A DNA stretch of 62,802 nt, filler included, from Phoronis australis (lineage: Eukaryota > Animalia > Phoronida): NCBI GenBank assembly GCA_002633005.1. It is 6 parts of 6 records of this genome, joined end to end, with 100 filler letters (N's around TTAATTAATTAA, not from the genome) between each part and the next. Parts side by side here need not be neighbours in the genome. Positions count along the whole stretch, not along the records: positions 44,945 to 51,889 come from NMRA01002090.1; positions 51,990 to 55,143 come from NMRA01001435.1; positions 55,244 to 62,802 come from NMRA01000256.1; 3 more parts are not named here. One strand, written 5' to 3'. Positions 49,486-60,559 of the stretch are shown here, piece after piece. Positions within the stretch are counted from its first letter, which is position 1, and the number at the start of each line of letters is the position of its first letter. The position numbers were made by a program, and so were the translations under genes. The notes beneath the pieces were generated by a model. The model saw nothing but the letters and a program-made list of their open reading frames with translations. It was not told the origin of the DNA and searched no databases.

Positions 49486-49902
49486 CTGAATCAGAATACA
49501 AAGACAAGGTGTGTAAGCACAATGAAAACCAACTACAAGAAAAACAATGCCATGTAAAAGCCTTAATTTGTTTGCATTGGCGGAGTAAGAGTGTTTCAGG
49601 AACGGCGTGGCTTAAAGGATGTTAGCGTTAGCCTCGGAGACGGTCTTGTTTTCTCCGTTGCCTCTTTGGTAGGTGTGGCCACAGTCGGTCGTTAAAACTG
49701 CTTTGTTCATCATTTGTAATTAGAGTAGCGATGCGTTGGTTTATGCTTCTGTCACCAAAGACGCACATTTTTCAGTCTAGGGCGGTTTGAGGAAAAATTT
49801 TAACAAATTCATTATCACGTCAGTTTGTGAGAGACAATGCACTTGAAAACGTACGCTGACCCCTGAATTCTTGCAAGAGGCTCAGACCTTAACGCCACTT
49901 AC

Positions 49903-50056
49903 CTTTTGTCATAGCCTCGTGCTGTCCAGCGGGGCGTTGGTTCGTAATGGTTAGTTGCAATGTCACTGGCCAATCGACTGTGTGAAATGGCCGTCTTCTG
50001 GCTGTCCTTTGCAATAAAGTCTAACGGCATGAGTACGGAGACGTCGACGCCCGTGT
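49903..50056 (-). CDS. F-BAR-domain protein, exon 3
   Basis: AATTTCAG| .. |GTAAGT, phase 1->2. TGVDVSVLMPLDFIAKDSQKTAISHSRLASDIATNHYEP..RWTARGYDK has the F-BAR A..H..LA..I pattern. Confidence 0.78.
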
Positions 50057-50866
50057 CTGAAATTATAGACAGTGTTTTCATTTACGGAAAGACCCACTTA
50101 AATAGACAGAGCTCAGTCAAAATATTGTTAAAATTGAATACCCAATATGCACTTGAAATATGACTGTTTCTCAGTACCTGGTGTGTGAAATGAAAGAGGA
50201 ATATTCACCACCAATATTTTGAAGCTCATATTAAATTCGATTCTACGTCTACGTTTTCGAGCACTGTCATTGAATTCACGTTGATTATATGCATAAATTT
50301 TTTTATAGGTGCTCGATGCCCGGTAATGTAGTGAATGAATCGTCACCAGTGTTAAGTGTGACTGAACATTAATTTACTTGGGCCAAATACAGCCGACTAA
50401 GAAATTTAGATTTTTCACCTCTGTAGACAGCAAGAAATAGGTAGCAAACGTATCTTTCCTGACGCTCAACTTGATTCGAGAACGGAAACTAAACGGGCAC
50501 ATTTGACAGTTATGTCGTCGCGTGATGAGAGCACAGCCAAATTTAATTTCGTCTTCAAGAGCGCAATATTTAATAAGCTTATTTAGTGTTCTATCATTAC
50601 GGTGTTCCCATGAAAACTGTTTCAATCGCCGACAGTGATTCATTAAGATAAGTACCACAATACATCTTGCACCAGCAATTTCCATGAATTCAATATCGGA
50701 TGTTGAGATATCAAGCACAAGGAAGACCGCAATTGCTTTAAATAAGCCGTTAACAGGTTGAAACGGGATATCTGTTTATCGCTTTTGCCTAGAAACATCA
50801 GATTTGGCTGCGATGAAAACCTTTTAGATGTACAGTGAAAACTTATAAAAGGAACCGTGAACATAC

Positions 50867-50982
50867 TCAAGTATTTTAGCCTGAGCGCATCGAATTCCCC
50901 AGCCAACTGTGATATCCTTCGGGCATACTCTTTCTCAAGTTTGATGCGTTCGAGCATCAATCTTTCCAAATCCTTCGTAAGC
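50867..50982 (-). CDS. F-BAR-domain protein, exon 2 (FCH motif)
   Basis: TTCTTGTAG| .. |GTATGT, phase 2->1. LTKDLERLMLERIKLEKEYARRISQLA fits the FCH consensus ERxxxExxYAxxLxxL. Confidence 0.82.
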
Positions 50983-51111
50983 CTACAAGAAATAATACTT
51001 GCTGTATCCCAAACTGTTGACTGAGAGATGTGGTGCTGAAGGACAACAAAACTTACAAACCCTTTATTTGTTTCTTGAGTTATGGAAATTTATAAAACGA
51101 CAGCCTCTTAC

Positions 51112-51200
51112 CCGCTGTAGGAGTGGATTTCACTCATTTTCCTTTTCAAGTCCGTTTGAAGAGAGTCTATCATGACGACGTTCTTAGTTTTATCAGCCAT
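51112..51200 (-). CDS. F-BAR-domain protein, exon 1 (start)
   Basis: ATG at 51200 with an in-frame TAA five codons upstream. MADKTKNVVMIDSLQTDLKRKMSEIHSYS, donor GG|GTAAGA, phase 2. Confidence 0.7.
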
Positions 51201-53605
51201 CTTAATCACTGGTTATTCACTTCAGATCAAGTACTACCTCTAACAGTCCCAACTAGGTTGGTGGATAGTCAAATTAAATGTGTTACGTAACTTTATTATT
51301 TTACGTCATTGACTGTGACGCTCTCAATATATTTTCGACGTTAGTTTAGCGAAAGTACACGGTGCGGCGCCAGTGTTCTTGATTTTGGACGTGATTTTGA
51401 AATTAGTGACACTTGCACATGACAATTTAACGTCCTACATATGCTCCCTGTAAGACTCTAGAATTGTAAGAACCAATACCTCTTTCTGTTACGTTCCATA
51501 TCGTGATATCTTTTACGGCGTAAGTGCACATTCCATATAAAATGTTGAAAAATCTAAATGAATAGCTCACTTGCGAGTTTCTCGTTAGTCACTGTGACGT
51601 CACCGGAAAGGGGGCAAAACCCGCCATATTGCTCTTGTTTTGCCCCGAGTCTTTGCTACACACGCTAAAACTTACTGGAGTTCTTATGGTGAATTTTACG
51701 CTTAAAACGTTAAAACAACATAAGATATGGTAGATGGGTCGTGGAATAACTGTGAATGGACGAAGAAAATGTGAACTTGNTTAGCCGAAACGGCCGCAGG
51801 CACGTTATTTCCGGGGTTAGGCTCCATTTTTTAAAGAGCAGGGGTATATCACTGGTGATGTAAATATGATGGTAAATCGAGACAATTAANNNNNNNNNNN
51901 NNNNNNNNNNNNNNNNNNNNNNNNNNNNNNNNNTTAATTAATTAANNNNNNNNNNNNNNNNNNNNNNNNNNNNNNNNNNNNNNNNNNNNAATTGCTATGA
52001 AATCAGTGTCAAAACCAATTTATCAATTAATTTAAATGCGCAATAACAATTCTAACACGTACCATTTGCAAGACCGAAATTTGCCTGATTTCTGAGGCCT
52101 ATTGCTGGATCGATCCTGGTTTTGCGCCGTGACTCATCACGGCATTCACTGCTTCGTTGTAGCGACCACTGACATTATTAAATTAATTATAGCCCCTTTT
52201 TCGTGTTCATTGTCAACTAACATTCCACGGCAGGTCAACCTTTTCAGCAAATGTTTCCCCGTGTGCATTTCCAGAGTCGGACATTCTCGAAGGGGTACTG
52301 GTGTCGTTTTACTAAACGCCGTTTTGAAGATTTCCACCAATCGTCACCTGCCAATGCATCATTGGCGTCAATCTTCCAAATAAAACGAAGGAATCAATTA
52401 TTGGACATTATGGTTCTTGGTGGGTGGTCTTTTCGACACATTTACCATGAAATTCGCTAGGCCACGCTTGCTACTTAGCAGCCTTATAAGCCAAGTTCCT
52501 ATCTTTTGAGGGTTGTTGAGGGTTACACTAGAATTTTGTTTCTGAGAACTGGATGAGATAGTCGTTCTTAGCATCTGTTAATAGTCCAAAACCGGGCTTA
52601 GTATCGTTTTCAGCAAGACCTGATTGGCCCATTGCCTTCAGTTTTCGGAACGCCAGGAGAGAATTTCCACAAAAAAAAAAGAAAACGAAAGACAAACCAA
52701 TCCCCTCCTCTTCCAACCGAGCGCCTTCGGTATAAGAATTTGTGTACCGGTAGTAAAATGTTTCAAAAACTCCAGTCGTTTTTCAGCCGTGATCAACGAT
52801 GCCTGTAACTGACGGGTTCGAATCGGCAGCTGAGGCAGTTCAAGGAACTGCCAATGGGCAGAGATCATATTGCTTAAAAAATACATTGTAGTGAAAAATA
52901 GTCAGATAATGAGTGCAAGTTCACCATTTCTGGAGCGTTGTTTAAGAGGACTCCTTACGGCCGTTCAGTATGAGGCGAGATGATCGACTCAAACACCGAA
53001 ACAGGAAAGAAGCCTCCGCTTTATCAAAAATGTTGAAGACACTTATGATGATATTGAGAAAATATCCAACAATAATAAAACCATGACAAAATGACCAGAC
53101 TATCGTAACCACGAACGTAATTGTTCCCAAGTGCAACAGGACCGACTATTGGGCTCTGGATCAACAAAAGTAAGTGAATCAAAAATAGCTATTTTTATGA
53201 GAAAACAACAGTTATTGAAATAAATTTGATAGGAATATATTTCAGTAATATTCTGATGAATTTATAAAGCATATATTTAAAAATGAGAAATTATGAGTAA
53301 ATAGTCAATCACACAACTTTAGCAATTTATACATGAATAGACAAGTAAAACCTAAGATTACAATCACATAAATTGAACGATTGGCCATTGGCTACTACGG
53401 CAAGAAACATTGGACCTTGTGTGAATCAGAGCCTATTTAAATGCAAAGTGACATGTTGGTGAGACAAGGTAAGATTACATCAATACTTTACCACAAACTT
53501 ACACAGGTATTATAACATCAATAACTAATAATGCTATGTCCATATTTCACTGATAAAGAATGTAGAAAACAACTCAGAAATGCCAAATTCAACCATCACA
53601 CTCTT

Positions 53606-53870
53606 CAAGTTATAATGATTAGAACTATGCTCTGTCTCCTGTCACTCACCATTGGTCGAGTACAAGTTTTAAGAAAAAAAGCATCGACTACCGTTGTGTT
53701 GAAACTCATTTTTGTCTGGTTTCTAATTAGGTTTTTGNCAAGTTATAATGATTAGAACTATGCTCTGTCTCCTGTCACTCACCATTGGTCGAGTGCAAGT
53801 TTTAAGAAAAAGTGCATCGACTACCGTTGTGTTGAAACTCATTTTTGTCTGGTTTCTAATTAGGTTTTTG
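53606..53870. other. 132-bp tandem duplication around a single N (assembly overlap)
   Basis: 53606-53737 and 53739-53870 are nearly identical, with N at 53738. Confidence 0.85.
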
Positions 53871-55380
53871 TCATAACCTCCCTGAAGTAAAACTAAGTTC
53901 TGCATAATCTGACAAAAATTTCACTGTGTTTGATAATTTTAGATCATCTCAGTCTGATGATGTCACCGGACAGTTCCAACTGTTAATGTAAATATTGTAC
54001 TGGTAATAAGTCAAAAGCAATACTTGCCTACTAGAATTAAAAATGATGGCAATACTTTTATGCTGGAGTGTCTTGAATAAAAGTTCTAAATATACACATG
54101 CAACAAGATAAAATTTCCAATTGCTAACTATAAGGAGTCGAAATTTGAATCAACTCACATAGGCACTCCATGGCCCCCTCTGTAAGTGTGCTCTCAAAAG
54201 CAAAGTTATAGCCACAAGAAAATGACAATTAACATGACTATAAAATAACACAGAAATTGACTCGCGAAGATAGATCACATAATTGAGGTTAATTATTGAC
54301 CCTAAAATGAATTTTACTGTGACAATTAAAATTGTTTCAAGACATTAAACATCCTTCAGGAACTTTCAACACTTGGTGGTTCAGTCGCTGGTTCACTAGT
54401 GCCATCTATCACTGCTTCACGACATTACCATACGCTGGAGGGGCCTGTGTGGAGAAGTCAAGGTCATTTTTACAAAATACATAGTGTGTGATTACAATTT
54501 AAATCAATGTTATGTCAGAGCTAAACAAAATTGAGTATACATTGAAAAACATAACGTAGCACTCGAAAAACTACACGCATAAGAGAGCACAGTATTTGGT
54601 GAATTAATCCACTCCTTGACAGGAACAGAACTGCCTGTTAAGTTCCTTCTCATGGCGTAGCCAATAGACAGGCAGATACACGACATCTGGACTGACAGAC
54701 ATGACAACTGTCTATGAGTAATAGTTTCTCAGAACAGTCATACTCCAAAGGGAAAATAGTTCTCAGTTATGCTTTTACTACAAAAAACAAAACTCTCGTT
54801 ATATAAGTTTTATGGTCTGAGATCTTGGAAACCGTTTCAATCACTTTTCACACAGGGTTTCTTTTATCAGAGATCATAAGTCCATTCTTAGCTATTAAAG
54901 ATACTCCGATATCTATTTGAACATAATTCATTGGCATGGTTCATGAAAGCTGTTGTTAGGAATGGATATAAAAATTGGCAACTTCAAGGAAAATCCTGAG
55001 CTTTTTCCATGTTCCGCCAAATGTTATAGTCTGGTAGATAACTAGATGTCATTTTATAATTAGTAAAAAATTATACAGTTAGACGAACTTACCTTAAGTG
55101 AAGGATGACTGTAATTTTATGTATCCCCAGAATTCCCCCAGAGNNNNNNNNNNNNNNNNNNNNNNNNNNNNNNNNNNNNNNNNNNNNTTAATTAATTAAN
55201 NNNNNNNNNNNNNNNNNNNNNNNNNNNNNNNNNNNNNNNNNNNTGGGTGCGCGCATGAAATCTCACCACCATTTACTGATTTTTGACGTGAAACTGGGCA
55301 TTTTGGTTTAACACTATGAAAACATTTGAAATTATTTTCGTTGCTTTTATGAACTATATTTTATCAATTACAGTTATTAC

Positions 55381-55670
55381 CTTGTTCATTTTTCCGGTCA
55401 TCTCTATTAATTTCAGATATCCGAGCTTCATTGACATCTTTGACTCCTCCCTTCATTAAATAGGAGGCATATGTCTTCTAACTTTCTTCCGTCTGGGACA
55501 TCTACGCTTATTAACTCTGAGAAGAAGCTCATAAGTGTCCCAGATGAGTCTTTCATCAGGATTTCCAGAGGCCTCATTTTCCCTTTCCTAAACAGTGCTG
55601 CTGTGACGTCACACCCTGTCATTGTATGCAATTTTCAGGCAATGCTGCAGCGATACCCCTTGTTACCGAA
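55381..55670 (-). mobile_element. AcademX-like transposon fragment (XPG/FEN1-type H3TH motif)
   Basis: AAALP/LHTMTGCDVTAALFRKGKMRP, and GVKDVNEAR in a shifted frame. Ends at donor-like AAG|GTAATA. Confidence 0.65.
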
Positions 55671-56434
55671 ACGCATCGTTGTTTATATATTTATTTAAAT
55701 AGCATTGGGACTCCACCGCGTGGCTGCGCACCAAATTAGGGGTGATTTGTATTTTATCACGGAAGACATGATATTATGACATGAAGGTAATTTCCTTCCC
55801 TCATGTTCCAAATGGGTGTTCTCATTACAGCAGTTTTATTGCGAGCGCCGGGCAGTTCTTGTCTGGCATAAATCGTTTTTTTTCACGTCTGACAGGAGCC
55901 ACAAGTTGAGCCAAATACATGAAATAGACCTTGTCCAATAAATTGATTCCAAAATAAATGTGTCCATCTTTTACGACTAGTAGGGAGACAAGCGCAATAA
56001 TGGCTTAAAGATGTATTTGCATGCTCCTTACTATATACTAATCTAAATAAGGCACTAAACGACAATGCTATTTGAACATCTTCTACGCTAAACGAAATGC
56101 AGTTGTGTTCACGGACAACTTGTGCATGTGAAAACAAAAGATTCTGCAAGTTCACATAATAATATTCTGCAGAGCTCCAGTCATTGTTATGAGCACCGCT
56201 CTTTCAATGACTGCTATATAATAATAGACCAAACAGAAACAACAAAGGAGCTTAAAATTCGTGAGGCTCAAGCCCAGTCTCAATAGGCAACTGGTGCACC
56301 ACAGGTTGTCATTGTTAGTCTAGTCTATTGTTACTCCTCTGTAAATGACTGTGTCTGTGTATCATTACTTGTTGTTGGGCCTACACTGTAGAAAGGTGGC
56401 CACTGTCTGAGGGTGGTGTTTTATTAAACGCTGA

Positions 56435-57700
56435 AACAAGTCAAGCCGGTTTAAACCCGTCGTTGTTTTTATTAAAATCATAAACACGACTATTAGATGA
56501 CGCATAATGTGTCAAGCCCATCCGCCAGGTGGCGTCATCTCTGTAAAACCACCATTTGCCAAATTTCATGAAAATAAGCCAATGAACCCCTAAGATATAA
56601 AGGCAAACGTAAACAACAATTGACATTAGGGGGCATGGCTACAGTCCGATTTGTCTGTCGTCATGTGTTGCCAAAATTTGCAAAGATCCTAAAAGGGTTA
56701 AGGAGAGGCAGCCGTAGAAGACGCAAAAAACAGAATTGCCCCTAAGGCGCGCCAGAAGTAAAAAAACACCCGATAATCAACATCAGTCAGGTTTTCGCAT
56801 CAGGAACACAACCCTCCCAATTTTCACAATCGTCCTTTGAGTGGTTTGGCAGATAGAGACGCTCGCTGCATGGTTCTCTACCGACGTCGCCTAGCCAGCA
56901 CGCTGGCTACCGACCACCTAGCGCGGCACTCAGGGAACCAGAGAGATAGAGACGCAGACATCAAACATACGCGAAAATTCTTAAATGGCCACCAAGTAGC
57001 GTAGAAAACACCAAATCTGTCCGAAAATGGGAAGGCGTTGCCGTCTTAATAGAAACCTATCTGCCGAATTTCATGAAAATACATAACTGAAGTCGACGCA
57101 AGGGGGCACAGTTATATCTGGATCATTTCGATACTCATTATCATTTGTCGGAATACATCTTTAAATCTCACAAAGCTTCTTCAAAGGGTTTAGGAGATTC
57201 GGCCGCAGACACAAAGAAAACAAAATCGTCACTATAGGGGCGACACTGCAGTCGGACCCGTCCGAAAGTTAACGTCAGTCAGCAACACAACTGTGAATTT
57301 TTATAATGATCCTTTGAGTGATACGGGCACATAGACAGGCTAACGCCAGGAAAGGGAAGCGCCGGAAAATAAAAAAAAACATCCACAAGGTGGTGTAAAA
57401 TTCGTCGAATTTATCCGAAAATGGAATGGCACTTTGACTCCACATATGAACTGAAAATCCGTCTACATGGTCTAGGAACTCCGAAGATACAGAGATAAAC
57501 GTAAAAACTAAAATTGCCATTAGGGGTATTACAGCGATATTCGGGTCGGTCCGAAACTCGTAATCAGCCACATAAGGACACAATTGCCAAATTTCAATAA
57601 GATCCTGCAAGGGGTAGATAGGCCTACAGCGCCGCGGACGCCGGACGCCCGGCAGACTGCCGGAGATGACGACATAGAAATATGTGGGGGCATAAAAAAT
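56435..57700 (-). mobile_element. HINE-like element related to 9681-11195
   Basis: Reverse-complement head TTTTTATGCCCCC..TATGTCGTCATCTCCGG..GCGTCCGGCGTCC, with internal AAATTT(C/G) and CGCCACCTGGCGG subunits. Confidence 0.55.
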
Positions 57701-57794
57701 ATCTTTAGGGGGCACCACAATAGTAAGACCCATCTGAACATTCGTCGTCATGCTCGAGTCGTTTGCATCGGCCAATTTCGATAGTAATCCGTGG

Positions 57795-58003
57795 CCTGCG
57801 GATCCAGCCCTTCTTGTGACTCTTCGCAGCATGGCCATAAATGATACCGGCTTCGAGCAGTCGGCTGCCATCATTGAACTCCGCCAGTTGGGATGCAGTC
57901 TGCTCGAGGTTGTGTTTGCGGGCCAGCAGCTTAACGTCAGCCGAATATAAGTAGAGGGGTTGGTTGGTGGTGCATGAGCCAGCGAGGTAATCTGCACGCT
58001 CAT
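57795..58003 (-). mobile_element. Ingi/I-group LINE fragment, RNase H C-terminus
   Basis: Frame from 58001 (not in the ORF track): ERADYLAGSCTTNQPLYLYSADVKLL..GSRLLEAGIIYGHAAKSHKKG, containing the RNase H (GN)ERADxLA motif. GC-richer than its flanks; cut by a gap. Confidence 0.65.
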
Positions 58004-58092
58004 NNNNNNNNNNNNNNNNNNNNNNNNNNNNNNNNNNNNNNNNNNNNNNNNNNNNNNNNNNNNNNNNNNNNNNNNNNNNNNNNNNNNNNNNN

Positions 58093-58120
58093 CCTTGGCC
58101 CCCCTATAAATCCGCCACTG
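58093..58120. mobile_element. hAT-like MITE terminus
   Basis: GGCCCCCCTATAAATCCGCCACTG, whose reverse complement begins CAGTGGCGGATTT. Confidence 0.45.
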
Positions 58121-60395
58121 GTAATCCTCTGAGCCAGTTTGTTGCGGCCGGGGTCTCTACCCGTACGGCGGTTTCTGCTTCAAGTTAAGCTCAAGATCAC
58201 GTGCGTGAACTTGGAACTCAGTGAACTGCCGGGGTTTCCAACAACTTTCCGAAAGACGAGTAGTACTCATAAACATGGAGATAATACTGAGCTGAACTTT
58301 ATTCTCGCGTAAAGTGGTTGTCGCGGGACTAACTAAAACTGTTTTTGCGGATTCCCCACGGGTCTTAACGAACCTGGAAACTTTCATTATTTTAAAAACA
58401 AAGCAGTTTTTTTCTTGTTACGTCGTCTTCAAAATCGATGAATGTAAAATTTCCATCTGAAAACCCTGTGAACTTTCTGCAAGATGTTTGAACTCAACAT
58501 AAATTCACATAGCACTACCTTTTTACCCCTTCTCCACAATGGAATAGTCCATTTCGAATGTCGAAGAATCCGAAAGCGCGTGGTCTTGGGTACTTGTTTA
58601 CAGTCCGTGTGTTTTGAAACGAGTTCGAAGGCGTGTTAGCAAAGTCAGCTGGAGCGAGAAGTAAGTTTCCTAAAATTTATTTGTAATTACGTACTCACGG
58701 TCTCAGTTTCTTCGTCATTTTGATTATTGTTGTACACCTATTCACCTGTCGGCATGGTCGAATCTATTTTATTAAGAAAATATTAATGATGTTTCTTTAC
58801 AAATGGCGAAGCTAACGGTGGTCAACTTTCCTCAACTCCGAGATTGTCAAGTTAAGCACCAAAAGATTTGTGTGAAAACTAGATTCGTAGCGGGTGTACG
58901 ACACGAAAATGTATGGAACAGATTGCAAAAGAAAATTCTAACTTGAGTTGAGTGCTTTTCAGTGCCAGTAAGACAACGGGTAACCCTTAGAGCTCATGTA
59001 AAATTTCATACTTTGTGTCTGAATAGAAGTCTTGGTTGTGGCTGTTATCGGCTAAATCACTATCAAGGTCCATATTCGAGAGTTGACTGTGTTACGATCT
59101 AAAATAATTTTTTTGGTCACTCACCAGATGCCAACTGAATCTCATTATGCAAAGAGTTATTCAGTTGTGCAAATTAAAAAAAAACAATCATCAAAATCGG
59201 ACTGTTTGAGAAATTTATGCATGTTTTTGTCTATGAATTTCATGCATTTTCAGAGTTACGAGTAGCCATTTTAAAAATAACAATTTTCAACTGTCAAGAG
59301 TAGAAAAAAATTTATTTTAGCAAGCAATCAATTGTTTAGATATGACTGGGAATAACTTGAGTCACTTTCAGAGTCAATTAGATGAAGTTGTGCTTAATCA
59401 TTGAGAAATGGTATGGTTCATCGTAAAACAGGCACTCCTTACGAAATTTGTAAATTTTGTGTTGCTAACCCTCACCTACTGTAAAGAAGGTTAAAAACTA
59501 AAGTTCACACTCTGTAACGAAAAGAACTGCAAAATATGTCAGCCAAGGCAACACAGCAAATTATTCAATATCTAAACAAACCAAAAGTTTGGATATTGAA
59601 TGGGTTCTGCTATGTAATGTTGAAAATGGACCAAAAAGGCTAACAAAATGTAGTGTACGTACCCCATGTGGAATTCAGTAATAAAAATGGTCATTGCAAA
59701 TAAAATTATTGCCTTTTAAATAACAACATTGTGCTTATTTTCACCAAAGAAAAATAAATGGCCATACATTATGTTACCATGTGATGCAGAAACAGTGATG
59801 TAGTGTACGTACCCCCTTTTGTAGTGTATGTACCCCCATGTTTACAAATGCCATGAAATTAAAATATCACTTGGTAAGTGAGCAACTTTGGTCATAGACA
59901 GTTTCCTTCCTTAAAAGTGTTAGGTTAAAAGAGTGTTTATTGCCAATACATTTGTTTTGAGTGAAATATTAGCATTTGTGTAGTGTATGTACCCCCTTAT
60001 TTTAATTTGTGCCTATTTTCAAAGTATGGCAGATATGCACATGAATGCTGTGCTTTTTATCTCTTTGAATTGATTTAGTAAATCAACTAACTCTCACTAG
60101 ATTCTTAGTGTTAAGTTACAAACCTATCATGTCATTGAAATGTAGTGTACATACCCCTTTGTCATGTACGTACCCCCATGTGAATAAATACCACGAAACA
60201 AAAATATTACATGGTAAGTAAGCAACACTTGTCACAGACAGCTTCCTCCATTAAAAATGCTAGGTTAAAAGGGTGTTAATTACAAATACATTTGTTTTGA
60301 GTGAAATATTAGCATTTGTGCAGTATACGTAGCTCTACAACTATTATTAAATTCTCTTGGTCTATTTACACCGACCTCTACACTATATACACTGT

Positions 60396-60437
60396 CACGA
60401 TGTTTCGGTCGGTCTCTTCTCCGGCCATCGTCAGGTG
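60396..60437 (-). ncRNA. minimal type I hammerhead ribozyme motif
   Basis: Reverse complement CAC-CTGACGA-T-GGCCGG-AGAAGAGA-CCGACC-GAAA-CA-TC-GTG. Confidence 0.75.
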
Positions 60438-60517
60438 TTCCCGCATTCTTAGAGGAACGAACATGGATACGTGGTACACTCATGGTGTGATTTTTTGTGC
60501 TTCTAAGAACGCGGGAA

Positions 60518-60559
60518 CACCTGACGATGGCCGGAGAAGAAACCGACTGTAACGTCGTG
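60518..60559 (+). ncRNA. hammerhead motif with mutated GAAA box
   Basis: CAC-CTGACGA-T-GGCCGG-AGAAGAAA-CCGACT-GTAA-CG-TC-GTG. Confidence 0.55.

Noticed and set aside
53954-53980. CTGATGA followed by a small hairpin
   Set aside because: No GAAA box follows, so it is not a hammerhead.
57275-58003. 242-aa ORF in the track
   Set aside because: It is a chimera across a LINE fragment and a HINE; the meaningful RNase H motif is in a different frame.
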